Positions 29,799 through 39,801 of a DNA stretch of 64,000 nucleotides are shown one piece after another. Numbering within the stretch: the stretch's first letter is position 1; every line of letters starts with the position of its first letter. The position numbers and the translations under genes were made by a program. Under the pieces are notes generated by a model. It did not search any database. It was not told the origin of the DNA and worked only from the letters and a program-made list of their open reading frames with translations. The stretch comes from Candidatus Melainabacteria bacterium 17Bon1m (GTDB taxonomy: Bacteria > Cyanobacteriota > Vampirovibrionia > Obscuribacterales > Obscuribacteraceae): NCBI GenBank assembly GCA_032128875.1, contig JAVLKG010000007.1, positions 128,001-192,000 of the forward strand, read 5' to 3'.

Positions 29799-30086
29799 AT
29801 GCTTCAGTTTCTGGCACTTCTGTACCTGCTTGCGTTCGTTCTTGGCTCCGCACTCACCGGCTTGCTATTTCAAGCGTTGTTCTTCTGGGCTGCGTCGTTC
29901 AGTCGCTTTCCCATGAAGGGCATCGTCGAATACATCACGGTTTTTGGTCTGGCTGCTATTCACGCTTGGGCTTGGTACACGCTTGTACCTGACCCCTTCG
30001 TTGCAGTCATGACCGCCGTGATTGGATTCGTTAGCGTTGTCTACTTTCGACTCTCGCTTCCTTCGGGAGATCAAGTCGAGCTCTGA
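29799..30086 (+). CDS. Small membrane protein
   Basis: AAGGAG SD; three hydrophobic segments. Confidence 0.65.
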   Translation: MLQFLALLYLLAFVLGSALTGLLFQALFFWAASFSRFPMKGIVEYITVFGLAAIHAWAWYTLVPDPFVAVMTAVIGFVSVVYFRLSLPSGDQVEL

Positions 30087-30137
30087 AGTCGGAGCATCAG
30101 TGTTGCTGCAAACAACCTCTAGTTCTGGAGCAAATCC

Positions 30138-30203
30138 ATGTTCACGTGGATTATCGTCGGCATCCTGCTGGTTGCCGTCGCCATGATGTTCACCAACCGC
30201 TAA
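30138..30203 (+). CDS. 21-aa hydrophobic peptide MFTWIIVGILLVAVAMMFTNR
   Basis: GGAG SD; paralog of 30293-30361. Confidence 0.7.
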   Translation: MFTWIIVGILLVAVAMMFTNR

Positions 30204-30292
30204 CTCTTCGAGTTGGCCGGCGGTGTCGAGCATTCAGGTCGTCTAAGACCGAACTGTTGTTGCAATCAACCACGAGTTCAAGGAGCAAAGCC

Positions 30293-30361
30293 ATGCTTAC
30301 GTGGCTTCTCATTGGCGTCGCCGTCGTGTGCGTCGTCATGCTGTTCAGCAACAAGCGCTAA
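30293..30361 (+). CDS. 22-aa hydrophobic peptide MLTWLLIGVAVVCVVMLFSNKR
   Basis: AAGGAG SD; paralog of 30138-30203. Confidence 0.7.
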   Translation: MLTWLLIGVAVVCVVMLFSNKR

Positions 30362-30611
30362 CAGCGACCGGCTAGCCTTGCGTTAGCCTGAGCGGGGCGA
30401 CCATTCTCACGGGTTTCAAAACCTGGAGTTCGGTCGCCCTTGCTTTTTGGTTGGTAAAAACTACAAAACATAGTAAAAACTTAAAGGCGCTAAGGGAGCC
30501 GTTTTTGATCTATGTCGCAAACCTAGAATCTTCTGTTTTTTTGAATAAAGAAGAAAGCGAAACTCCGAAGAATTTCGCTGCTCCTAAAGTTCGATTAGTT
30601 GAGAGCGCTGA

Positions 30612-31097
30612 TTACTTAGCGCACGCCATCTGTTTCATCCACTCTTCTTGACCTTTCATGATTTCTTCTTTGGTCAAGTCTTTTATGTGAGTTGCGATGC
30701 TCCAGCGGTGTCCATAGGGATCTTCAACTTGTCCCATGCGGTCACCCCAGAACATGTCTGCCGGCGCCATGATTGTTTTTGCGCCTGCTTTAGTTGCGCG
30801 CTCAAACAATGTGTCTGTGTTTTCCACATAAAGCCACATGCTGACGCTTGTTCCGCCATATGATGCTGGCGACTTGCAATTCATCTCTGGGAATTCATCG
30901 TTGAGCATGAAGATCGATTCGCCGATTTTCATCTCTGCATGCATGACGTGTTTGCCATCTGGACCAAAGGAAATATCACGCTTTTCGGCGTTGAATGCTT
31001 TGACGTACCAATCGATTGCTTCTAGGCAATTCTTGCAAGTCAGTGTCGGTGTAATAGTGTGGTAACCCTTCGGAATCGGATCTGCTTTGGTAGACAT
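30612..31097 (-). CDS. VOC/glyoxalase (PhnB-like) protein
   Basis: PIPKGYHTITPTL, VMHAEMKIG and DMFWGDRMGQVEDPYGHRW; AAGGAGG SD before ATG 31097. Confidence 0.9.
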   Translation of the reverse strand: MSTKADPIPKGYHTITPTLTCKNCLEAIDWYVKAFNAEKRDISFGPDGKHVMHAEMKIGESIFMLNDEFPEMNCKSPASYGGTSVSMWLYVENTDTLFERATKAGAKTIMAPADMFWGDRMGQVEDPYGHRWSIATHIKDLTKEEIMKGQEEWMKQMACAK

Positions 31098-31415
31098 GAG
31101 TCCTCCTTCGGTGTTGTACGTGGCGGTCAGTAAAGCACACATTTCTATGTGCAACATGAGTCCGCAAAGCCTCTATTCAAGAGGGTTTTAAACTACCGCG
31201 GTAGTTGGTATCTCTGTTCGCATGTCAGCAGCTTTTTTCATTTTTTGGGAAACTATACAAAACAGTAGAAAACGATTCAAAAACGAAATCACGCAGCGGG
31301 GCAGTGTTGATGCCCTTTTGCATGATTTCGTCAATTTTATTCTACGAGACTCTCAAACAATTCCATTCGGAAGAAGGCTCAGCGTGTGCCAAGCCTCCTC
31401 CGATGGAATGTGCTG

Positions 31416-32828
31416 TCAGCGCAGAATGCCCAACGACTTGACCTTCTCGAGCCACAGAGGAAACTCGGAAAGCATGCGGTCGTAGAGCTGGGCGTCGGTG
31501 ATCTTCTGGAAGTCGTCGATGGCGAAGAAGCCGGCGTTGTCTACCTTGCGTCCGGTCATCGTGTCGAGCTTCGTGAGCACGCCGTAGCTGGAGCCGCCGA
31601 GACCGATGAACTGCCAGAAGATGGGGAAGCTCGACGCTTCGACCAGGAGCTTCTGGATGTCGCGGTCCTTGTCGATGCCGCCGTCCGTGACGAAGAGTAC
31701 GAGTGTCGGAATATCGTTGGCGCCCTTGCAGTCGTCGAGGATGGGCTTCATCACGACGGGCTCGTTGTTGTCGTAGCCGAGGCCGGGGACGATGCCGCCG
31801 CCGCTCGAGCTGCCGAACATGCCGCCGAAGATGCCACCCTTCTTGCCTGCAGGAGTTGCCGAAGAGCCAGTGCCGCCCGCCTGAATGTTGGCGATGTAGT
31901 TGTCCAGGACGCTGAGCGTGACGTTGTCGAACTGCTTGGCTCCGGTCGCATACACCCAGAATTCCAGTTCGCCGTTGTCGTCGAGGTTGAGAGCGACAGT
32001 CGCGAGACGGTCTGTGGCAGCCTGCATGGTCTTCGGCCACATGCGGTGGGTAGAACCGGATGCGTCGAGAACCATGATGACGCGCGCCTTGACGCCGTCG
32101 AGCTTGTTCTTCTTGAGCGAAATCGCGGCAGCCTTCTGCAGGCTGAGGAGACGTGAGCCCTTCTTCTCGAGGTCGGCAGTGACTTGATCGACCTTCGAGA
32201 GATTGACCTTCTTCGGTGCCGGAGCCGGCGTCGGAGTCGCAGTCGCGGCTGCCGGTGCGGCAGTCGTCGAAGTGGCAGCGGTGGACGTTGTGGTTGCGGC
32301 CGGTTCGTCATCGGCAATCGGCACACCAAATGCGGTGGCGATGCCTTTCAGTCCGTTGACGAAGCCTTGAGCGACGTGACGCACTTTCCATGCGCCGTTG
32401 CGCTTGTACACCTCAGCGATGATGAAGGCGTTTTCCTTGTCGCCGGACGCGCCGAAGGAGATCAGTTCGTTGGCGCCGTCGAGGATGCTGAAGGTGAGGT
32501 CCTTCACTTCCGCGAACGTCTTGGGCGTTTCCGGGTCGATGGTGAGCGTGATGGCGACCTTGTCGACGTCTGCTGGCACATCGGCGAGCGAGATGGTCAG
32601 CTCGTGGGTGTAGCCGTCTGCCGCGTTCTTCTTGTCTGCATACTTGACCGAGCCTTCCGGCGAGTTTGGCGCGCCGTAAAAGACGAAGTCGTGCTCGCTG
32701 CGCACCTTGCCGGTGGCGTTCAGAAGCAGCGCGGAGAGGTCGGTGTCCGGACCTTTGTGTTTGGCGCGGATGGTGATTTTTGCTGTGGGCAGATTGGCGT
32801 TTCCGCCCTTCGGCAATGCTTGTGCCAT
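31416..32828 (-). CDS. TerD-domain / vWA fusion protein
   Basis: LPKGGN, DLSALLL...DFVFY and AEVYKRNGAWKVRHVAQGF (TerD); VLDASGS, LFVTDGG and PIFWQFIGLG (vWA). Confidence 0.9.
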   Translation of the reverse strand: MAQALPKGGNANLPTAKITIRAKHKGPDTDLSALLLNATGKVRSEHDFVFYGAPNSPEGSVKYADKKNAADGYTHELTISLADVPADVDKVAITLTIDPETPKTFAEVKDLTFSILDGANELISFGASGDKENAFIIAEVYKRNGAWKVRHVAQGFVNGLKGIATAFGVPIADDEPAATTTSTAATSTTAAPAAATATPTPAPAPKKVNLSKVDQVTADLEKKGSRLLSLQKAAAISLKKNKLDGVKARVIMVLDASGSTHRMWPKTMQAATDRLATVALNLDDNGELEFWVYATGAKQFDNVTLSVLDNYIANIQAGGTGSSATPAGKKGGIFGGMFGSSSGGGIVPGLGYDNNEPVVMKPILDDCKGANDIPTLVLFVTDGGIDKDRDIQKLLVEASSFPIFWQFIGLGGSSYGVLTKLDTMTGRKVDNAGFFAIDDFQKITDAQLYDRMLSEFPLWLEKVKSLGILR

Positions 32829-32951
32829 ATTTCAATTCGCTCCTTTTTTGAAACGCGCACGAAGGTCTGAACACGAGGGCTCAAACGGTTTTACATGCGC
32901 GATTCAGTTCTTGAGTGACCGCAGTTAACTACTGGACGCAGTCAGGTGTTC

Positions 32952-33635
32952 TTAGGATTTCGACGGCACCTGTGCGCGCACCCATTCGCTGAAAGCGGTG
33001 GGATTGCGCGTTTGCACGAAGAGAGTGCCGGGACCCTTGAAGCGGCAGACGAGCCATTCGCCGCTGGTGGCTGACGAAAACCAGCCAGCCTTCGCGGCCT
33101 TCTCGAGTTTGTACGTCATGGTGTCGGTCCAGGCGACGAGGTGTCCGTTGTCGACGACGAATTCTTCGCCGGCGGGGACATCGATTTCCTGGATCGCACC
33201 GAAGGCAGAGACTGCGATCTTGCCGGAGCCCTGCGTCTTCTGCACGAAGAAGCCGGCGCCGGAGAAGAAGCCTTTGGCGAGGTTCTGCATCGCCGTATCG
33301 ACATCGGCACCACCCATGGCGGCAAGGAAAGCGCCGCGCTGGAGCAGATATTGCTGGCCGGGTTTTACAGTCAGAACCTTGATGTCGCCAGGCAATGACG
33401 GCGCCAGGAGGACCATTCCGTCTTCCTGTTTGGCGGTCAAAACCTGCACGAAAAATTTCTCGCCGGAGAAGGCGCGCTTCAAGCCGCCGAAAAGGCCGCC
33501 ATCCATCTTGCCTTCGACAGTGACTTTGCCACTCATCGCGACCATTGCGTTCGATTCAGCCTTCACAGCTTCGTTCTGTTTCAAGCTGACTTGCAGGAGG
33601 GCACCACTGCCCTCGTGATGAATCTCATGTTCCAT
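32952..33635 (-). CDS. TIGR00266/AIM24 family protein
   Basis: AESNAMVAMS, LAPSLPGDI, VVDNGHLVAW and SGEWLVCRFKGPG; GGAGG SD before ATG 33635. Confidence 0.9.
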   Translation of the reverse strand: MEHEIHHEGSGALLQVSLKQNEAVKAESNAMVAMSGKVTVEGKMDGGLFGGLKRAFSGEKFFVQVLTAKQEDGMVLLAPSLPGDIKVLTVKPGQQYLLQRGAFLAAMGGADVDTAMQNLAKGFFSGAGFFVQKTQGSGKIAVSAFGAIQEIDVPAGEEFVVDNGHLVAWTDTMTYKLEKAAKAGWFSSATSGEWLVCRFKGPGTLFVQTRNPTAFSEWVRAQVPSKS

Positions 33636-33676
33636 TAGCACCTCCTGGGTGTAGGGGAACGGTTTCGCTTTCTCCA

Positions 33677-33738
33677 ATCCGTACGGGAGCCGCATGCGGC
33701 TCCCTGTCAGGGAAAGCGCATGCGCTTGCCGTACGGAT
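33677..33738. repeat. REP doublet
   Basis: GTACGGGAGCCGCATGCGGCTCCC...AAGCGCATGCGCTTGCCGTAC. Confidence 0.7.
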
Positions 33739-33761
33739 GGAAGAGTTCCGCAAAAAGCTCG

Positions 33762-33793
33762 AAAAGGGGAGAGGCGCAATTGCCCCTCCCCTT
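33762..33793 (-). terminator. Terminator hairpin after glutamate-synthase-family gene
   Basis: AAAAGGGGAGAGGC...GCCCCTCCCCTT. Confidence 0.55.
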
Positions 33794-33850
33794 GCGAGTT
33801 GCCACTAACAAGTTATCTGAGGTTCTCAGCAGAACCCCAAGCAAAGCTCG

Positions 33851-35998
33851 CTAGTGCTTTTCGCCCAACTGAATCAGCTTCGGTCCGAAGCGATCCAGAT
33901 GTTCTGTATCTTCCGGCGGCATGTCGCCAAGCACGGGTTCGCGCTTGCCGTTTGAGCCATCCGGATACGGATAGATTTCCGACACCTTCTTCGAGACGAG
34001 AGGTGCGGTCACCACGCTGATGTGGTTGCGCGTCAACTCCCAGGGAGTGCGCACGCCGATCGCCTTCAGAATGATGAGCAGGTCTCGCTGCAGCACCATG
34101 TTGTAGTTGGCGGTACGGACGTACTTGTCCTCGGGGTCGAGACCACGACGCAGGCGCGGGTCCTGCGTGGCGATACCAACCGGGCAGTGGTTGGTGTGGC
34201 AGCGCTTCGCCATGATGCAGCCCAGGCCGCCGATCAAGTTGCCGCGGGCGATGTTGACCATGTCGGCACCCATCGCGATTGCGACGGCAACATCAGAACC
34301 TTTGGCGATTTGACCGGAAGCAATCAGCGTCGTCATGTTGCGGACACCGTGCTTGCGCAAGATGTTGTCGACAACAGGAATCGAGTGCAGAATGGGCTCG
34401 CCCATGTGATCCGCCAGAGCCACTGGCGCAGCACCGGTTCCGCCCTCGCCACCATCGATGGTGATGAAGTCGGGACCTTCACCGGTCATGGCCATGAGCT
34501 CGGCAATCTCTTCGATGTGCCGGTCCTGACCAACGACGATCTTGATGCCCACCGGTTTGCCGGTGAGTTCTTGCAGCGCGGTGACGAACTTGAACATGGA
34601 CGGAACATCGCAGAACTCGTCCCAGGCGTTGGGAGAGTAGCAGTCCTTGCCCATGGGGATGTCGCGGAATGCAGCCAGCTCCGGAGTGATCTTCTCCTTC
34701 GGCAGCTTGCCACCCTGACCAGGCTTGGCGCCTTGAGCCAGTTTGATCTCGAACATGACGATCTGATCGTCTTCGGCGAGTTTTCTCACCTTATCGAAGT
34801 CCAAGCCGACGAGCTCGTCCTTGCGAGCCTGATCGAGCAGCATCTCATTGTCGAGCCCGTTCAGGTAGAACTTCTCGGCGACGCGCCGGAGGTCATCCAT
34901 GTCGAACTCGCCCGAATTGACGCCGACGACTCGCAGGCAGTCCTTGAGGGACTTGCGGAAGCCGAACTTGGCAGGACCGATCTGAAGAACGATACGACCG
35001 CCACCGACCACCACAGCCTCGGGCTTGTTCGGACGCACACCGCGGCGAAAGCCGAGGTTCCACTTCACGAGAGCCTTGTAGTAGTGGAAGATTTGGTCGA
35101 TGGTGATGCGCTTGGTGACGCCGTTCAGGTGATACGGAGTCAGACCGCCTTCGCCGGTGAGCATGTGCACGTTGGCCAGCTTCGCACCGGACGATAGAGC
35201 CGCCACAGCTTCAGCCGACAGCGCACCCCAGCTCATGCCGGAGATGTTGATCGGCCACGCGCAGTGGTAGGGCTTGCGACGGTTCTTGCCGATGACGAGC
35301 GGAGGCAAGCGATTGCCGCGGTCCTTCTTTTCCGACACCGGGAACATCTCGTTCAGCAGATGCACTGCACCGACTGCACGCTGGTCGCGGCTGGAGCCGA
35401 AGCCCAGGTTGTAGTTGACGCCTTTGCCGGCGCGGTACATAAAGCGCCGCGTCTCGCGATCGTAAGGTCTTTCCTCCGTGTCGGACATGAACCAGTACTG
35501 GCGAAGCTCATCACCGATGAGCTCGAAGCCATAACGGCACCAGCCGAGAACGGGGAAGTTGCGGCGGATTGCATGCTTGCGTTGCAGGTAGAAGTCGTCG
35601 ATGCCGACGAGCGCCAGGAACGCAATCAGACCGAAGATCAGCCCGGTCATCGGGTTGAAGTAGTGCCAGCCGCAGAACCAGGCAACGATCGTGCCGGTCA
35701 GGGCGAGCGGAAGCAGAACGCTTCGCTTCAACGTGAATTCGAATACCGCCAGTTGAACGAGGAATGCCAGAAGGGCAGTCAGAACCGCCGCGGGCAAACC
35801 GAGATAGTATCCGGCAATCAAGCCGGCGATGAGCGAGCCTGAAGCAAGCGCATGCTTGTGCTTCTTCAGGTCATGGATTGCGAACACTGATAGCGCGCCC
35901 AAAAGCGTGAACACGAGTGCCAGTGAATGACCACCCTGCGTCCAGCCAAAGAGACCTGCCAGCAGCGCCGTAACGATTGTGGCGAGAGTCCAGAACAT
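33851..35998 (-). CDS. FMN-binding glutamate synthase family protein with multi-TM N-terminus
   Basis: ISGMSWGALS, TGEGG, EIKLAQGAKPGQGG, DFITIDGGEGGTGAAP and CIMAKRCHTNHCPVGIATQD ([3Fe-4S] motif). Confidence 0.92.
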   Translation of the reverse strand: MFWTLATIVTALLAGLFGWTQGGHSLALVFTLLGALSVFAIHDLKKHKHALASGSLIAGLIAGYYLGLPAAVLTALLAFLVQLAVFEFTLKRSVLLPLALTGTIVAWFCGWHYFNPMTGLIFGLIAFLALVGIDDFYLQRKHAIRRNFPVLGWCRYGFELIGDELRQYWFMSDTEERPYDRETRRFMYRAGKGVNYNLGFGSSRDQRAVGAVHLLNEMFPVSEKKDRGNRLPPLVIGKNRRKPYHCAWPINISGMSWGALSAEAVAALSSGAKLANVHMLTGEGGLTPYHLNGVTKRITIDQIFHYYKALVKWNLGFRRGVRPNKPEAVVVGGGRIVLQIGPAKFGFRKSLKDCLRVVGVNSGEFDMDDLRRVAEKFYLNGLDNEMLLDQARKDELVGLDFDKVRKLAEDDQIVMFEIKLAQGAKPGQGGKLPKEKITPELAAFRDIPMGKDCYSPNAWDEFCDVPSMFKFVTALQELTGKPVGIKIVVGQDRHIEEIAELMAMTGEGPDFITIDGGEGGTGAAPVALADHMGEPILHSIPVVDNILRKHGVRNMTTLIASGQIAKGSDVAVAIAMGADMVNIARGNLIGGLGCIMAKRCHTNHCPVGIATQDPRLRRGLDPEDKYVRTANYNMVLQRDLLIILKAIGVRTPWELTRNHISVVTAPLVSKKVSEIYPYPDGSNGKREPVLGDMPPEDTEHLDRFGPKLIQLGEKH

Positions 35999-36368
35999 GG
36001 TGATTGTCTCCTTGAATTAAAGGTCGGTGCGCTAAGAGATTTGTGGGTCGCATTGCATGCGACCTTCTCTTGCTCCAACCCGTATCCAGAATGGTGATGC
36101 TGTCTCGGTTTCGCCGCGCACACACTAGATGTGCACGAACCGCAGACCCGGCACCACCCGTAGTACCGTTCGAGACTTGCCGGCGTCGAACCTGGTGAAA
36201 AGCGCAAGCGCTTCCACACGAAAGTCGTGGCGTCAGCAAGAATGAGGAATGCACAGTGTGCAGTCCCATATGTAGAGCTGTGTGAAACGGCTTGCGGGGA
36301 GCGTTTCACTGCAGGTTTGCTAGACCTGCAAGAGGATTTGTTGAGCGTGCAACCCGAATTTGCTCACG

Positions 36369-36405
36369 AAACAGGGGAGCCGCGAGTGGCGGCCCCCCTG
36401 TTTTT
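36369..36405. terminator. Terminator-like hairpin
   Basis: AAACAGGGGAGCCGC...GCGGCCCCCCTGTTTTT. Confidence 0.6.
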
Positions 36406-36423
36406 GAGCGTGAAACGGGTTGT

Positions 36424-36852
36424 CTACGCCGCCTGAGCCGAGGTCATTTCGACCTCGATGAGGATGACGCGCTCAGGCATCGAGTCCCAGGTTTCTGGTC
36501 CGATGCCGAGATAGCCGGCCAGGCTATATGAGTCGAAAAGGCGGCACCACTCTTCTCGGGTGCAGCGCTCCTCTTCCCATTCGCGGTCTTCGATGGCGGC
36601 GTTGAGTCCGTCCCAGCCGGAGCCCTTTTCGCTTGCCGATTTGACGCGGAAGGGCGCGGTGCGGTTCATTGCTTCGACGCAACACGCTCGCGCGCAGTGC
36701 TCGTGCGAACGCGTGTGGAGGTCGCGCTCGTGGAGCACGACTTCGTCCCCGAGGTTGGGGATGGCGTTCGCTTCGGCGAGCCGGCATTCGAAAAGGCGAT
36801 CGCCCATAGCGAAAAGGAGGGCGATTTTGACTTGGGATGCGGTTTGGCTCAT
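36424..36852 (-). CDS. Hypothetical protein
   Basis: GAGG SD; ends just before hairpin. Confidence 0.55.
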   Translation of the reverse strand: MSQTASQVKIALLFAMGDRLFECRLAEANAIPNLGDEVVLHERDLHTRSHEHCARACCVEAMNRTAPFRVKSASEKGSGWDGLNAAIEDREWEEERCTREEWCRLFDSYSLAGYLGIGPETWDSMPERVILIEVEMTSAQAA

Positions 36853-37152
36853 TTATGCCTCTTGGGTTTTGGTTGCTATTTGCAGAGCCTTCTTTTTTGA
36901 GAACGCGCCTGCGTGAAAACAACCGTGCACACAAAACCATGATGCACAGCTGTTTGACGCGCGAAGGTTAGAACGTTTCACGTTCTTCTGCGCGCGGTGA
37001 TACGTGAACTGCGGTATTTCCTCACATGTGCGTGGGAGAAAATACCGCAATTCACGCGCGAAAAGAAACTGCAAGGGGAGCCCGTCTCCGGGCCCCCCTT
37101 ACAGCAAACTACGATGTAGAAGCGGCGAGAACTTTCGTCCTCGCCGTTTCCG

Positions 37153-39801
37153 TTAGGCCTTTGCCGAAGCCAGAGCCTTCGCCGACGACTCGAGGTACGA
37201 GGTCAGCTTGGGCGTCTCGCTTTCGCGCAGACCGACGTTGACGCTGAGGCGCTCGATCATCTGAGCGACCGCCATGTCACCTTCCTTCACCTTGTTCTTG
37301 GTGAAGAAGTCCACGACCTCGGCCTGCAGCTCCGGAGTGTCCAGAGCCGAGCAAGCAGACACCATGCGGGGCACGGCGTTGTCGGGGTAGGTGGCGACGA
37401 TCTTGGTCCAGTTGTCGCGCATGAAGTCCCACGCGGTTTCACCCGCATGCTCCGAGCCGATGATGCCGGCCAGGATGAAGGGAGCGTCCTGCGTGCGGAT
37501 CTCGCCGGAGAGGGTCATCTCGATGGCCTTCTTGTAGAGGCCTTCCTCGCGGAAGTTGCCGAGCGCTCCGAGGAAGCGCAGCTTCTCCTGCGTGGTGGGA
37601 GCCTTCTCCGCCAGCGCCAGGAACTCGTCGAAACGAGCCTGATCGCCGATGTACGACAGCGTGCCGATCAGCGCGGGAACGACGTTGGGGTCGACCGAGT
37701 TGCGATCGGCCTTCCACTTGTCGAACTGCACAGCGGCTTCCTTGCGGATGTCCTTGTCGGAACCGACGGTGCTCAGAAGACCGATAAGCTGGCCACGCAG
37801 CTGAAGCGTGTGCACCGACTCACCTTCCTTGGGCGTCCAGCCGAGCTTGTCGAAGACCGGGCGAACGGTCTCGCGGATGGCGGCCTTGAACGCCTGGCGA
37901 TGGTCGCCGGACGTCAGACCATAGACGGTCTTGAGCGCGCCCGAGATGACCGCCCAGACGTTGGCGTCGGTCTCGGTCGAGAAGCTCTTCACGAGCTCCA
38001 GGTACTCGGTCGCCGTCATCGAGTTCTCGCTGCGCGCACGCACCGAAGCCCACGAGTCGTTGACGAGGTTGAAGCGCTCGATGATCTGCAGCGTGTTCTG
38101 CACGTCAGCCAGAAGCTTTCCGCGCAGCCCGTCGCTGTAGTCGACGCGGTAGAAGCCCGAGCCGCCGGCATTGAGCACGACGTAGTCGAGCGGCTTGTCG
38201 CTGAGGGTCAGGGTCGTCGAGCCCTCGTTGACGAGGACCTTCTGCTCGACCACTTCGCCACCCGCCGAGAAGCGGATGTGCAGCGGCAGCGGCCAGACGT
38301 CCTTGTCGCCCGCGGGCAGGAACTGGAACTTGCTCTGGCTCACCTTGATGGTGCCCGGCTTGTCGCCTTCCGAGACGGAGACGACCGGGTGACCGGCAGT
38401 CTTCCACCAGAAGTCCATGAGCATGCGGACCGGGATGTCCTTGCCGTCGACCTTGGCGCCTTCCTCCAGCGCGTCCCACAGCTGCGAAACGGTGGCATTG
38501 GCCAGGGCGTGGCGCTGGAAGTAGATGCGCATGCCGGTGCGGAAGGTGTTGAAGCCGGCGAACTGGATGTACTGGAAGAGCAGCGAGCCGCCCTTTTCGT
38601 ACGTGATGGTGTCGAAGAACTGCTGGATGTCATCCGGGTGGCTGACAGGGATTTCGACAGCGTGAGTGGACTTCAGCGAGTCGAGCGCGAAGGCGCCGGC
38701 ACGGTCGATGCCGAACTCGTTGTAGACGTGCCACTCGGGGAACATGTCGTTCATGGCCAGGTAGGCCATGATGGTGGCGAACGACTCGTTCAGGCCCAGG
38801 CCGTCCCAGTCGTCCATGGTCACCTCGTTGCCGTTCCACTGGTGAGCCAGCTCGTGCAGGATGACTTCGCAGACCCGCGCCAGTTCGGCGTAGGAAGCGG
38901 TCTTCTTGTTGACGAGCAGCGCCGTGTCACGGTACGTGATCAGGCCGGTGTTCTCCATGGCGCCCGACGCGAAGTCGGGAATCGCGATCATGTCGATCTT
39001 GTCGCCGCCGAAATACGGACGGTTGAAGAAGTCTTCGTACCACTTGACGCCGAAGGCGCCGCACTCGAGCGCGAACTCCTTGAGGTGGTTCTTGCCCGGG
39101 ATGGACCAGATACGAATTTCCTTGCCGTTCTGCCACACCGGCTCAGACGACTCGAACTCGCCGACGCAGAACGCGACGAGATAGGTCGACATGATGGGGG
39201 TGCGAGCGTAGGTGACGATCTTCTTGCCGTTGCCCAGCTTTTCGGTCTTGATGTCGCGACCGTTGGAGAGAGCCGTGAGGTTCTCGTCGACGATCAGCTG
39301 AACATCGTACGTAGCCTTCATCGCCGGCTCGTCGAAGCACGGGAATGCCTGACGCGCGTCGGTCGACTCGAACTGCGTGGTGTAGATGTTGTGAGTCTCG
39401 CCGGCCTCGTCCTTCCACTGGCTGAGGTAGAAACCCTTCAGCTTCGTGTTGTGGATGCCGGTGAAGCTCATCTCGAGCTTGCCCTTGCCCGTCGGAACGA
39501 TGCCATTGAAAGTGATGATGGCGAACTCGTTCTTGGGGTCGAGCGTGACGGTGCCCTCGAGGCGCTTGCCCTTCTTGGTGACGAAGGAGGCGCTGTGGAT
39601 CTCGAGGTTTGCAGAGTGCAGAACGATGCGGTCGGTGGAGTGAAGGACGTTGACCTTCACTTCTTCACGGCCGGTGAACTTGTAGACCACGTCCTCGTTG
39701 TCGCCGGTCTTGGTCGTAACCTTGATGCCAGGCGTGAGCGTGATCTTGTAGTTGATGGGCTTGACGTGCTTGGGCAGACGGAATTCCTTCTGCTTGGACA
39801 C
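37153..39801 (-). CDS. pepN: M1 family aminopeptidase (PepN/puromycin-sensitive type, ERAP1-like C-terminus)
   Basis: TQFESTDARQAFPCFDEP, GAMEN, HELAH...NE and YEKG; likely GTG start 39801. Confidence 0.93.
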   Translation of the reverse strand: MSKQKEFRLPKHVKPINYKITLTPGIKVTTKTGDNEDVVYKFTGREEVKVNVLHSTDRIVLHSANLEIHSASFVTKKGKRLEGTVTLDPKNEFAIITFNGIVPTGKGKLEMSFTGIHNTKLKGFYLSQWKDEAGETHNIYTTQFESTDARQAFPCFDEPAMKATYDVQLIVDENLTALSNGRDIKTEKLGNGKKIVTYARTPIMSTYLVAFCVGEFESSEPVWQNGKEIRIWSIPGKNHLKEFALECGAFGVKWYEDFFNRPYFGGDKIDMIAIPDFASGAMENTGLITYRDTALLVNKKTASYAELARVCEVILHELAHQWNGNEVTMDDWDGLGLNESFATIMAYLAMNDMFPEWHVYNEFGIDRAGAFALDSLKSTHAVEIPVSHPDDIQQFFDTITYEKGGSLLFQYIQFAGFNTFRTGMRIYFQRHALANATVSQLWDALEEGAKVDGKDIPVRMLMDFWWKTAGHPVVSVSEGDKPGTIKVSQSKFQFLPAGDKDVWPLPLHIRFSAGGEVVEQKVLVNEGSTTLTLSDKPLDYVVLNAGGSGFYRVDYSDGLRGKLLADVQNTLQIIERFNLVNDSWASVRARSENSMTATEYLELVKSFSTETDANVWAVISGALKTVYGLTSGDHRQAFKAAIRETVRPVFDKLGWTPKEGESVHTLQLRGQLIGLLSTVGSDKDIRKEAAVQFDKWKADRNSVDPNVVPALIGTLSYIGDQARFDEFLALAEKAPTTQEKLRFLGALGNFREEGLYKKAIEMTLSGEIRTQDAPFILAGIIGSEHAGETAWDFMRDNWTKIVATYPDNAVPRMVSACSALDTPELQAEVVDFFTKNKVKEGDMAVAQMIERLSVNVGLRESETPKLTSYLESSAKALASAKA

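Noticed and set aside
36000-36320. Glutamine riboswitch upstream of the glutamate-synthase-family gene
   Set aside because: Hairpins are present but I could not match the glnA-motif consensus by eye.
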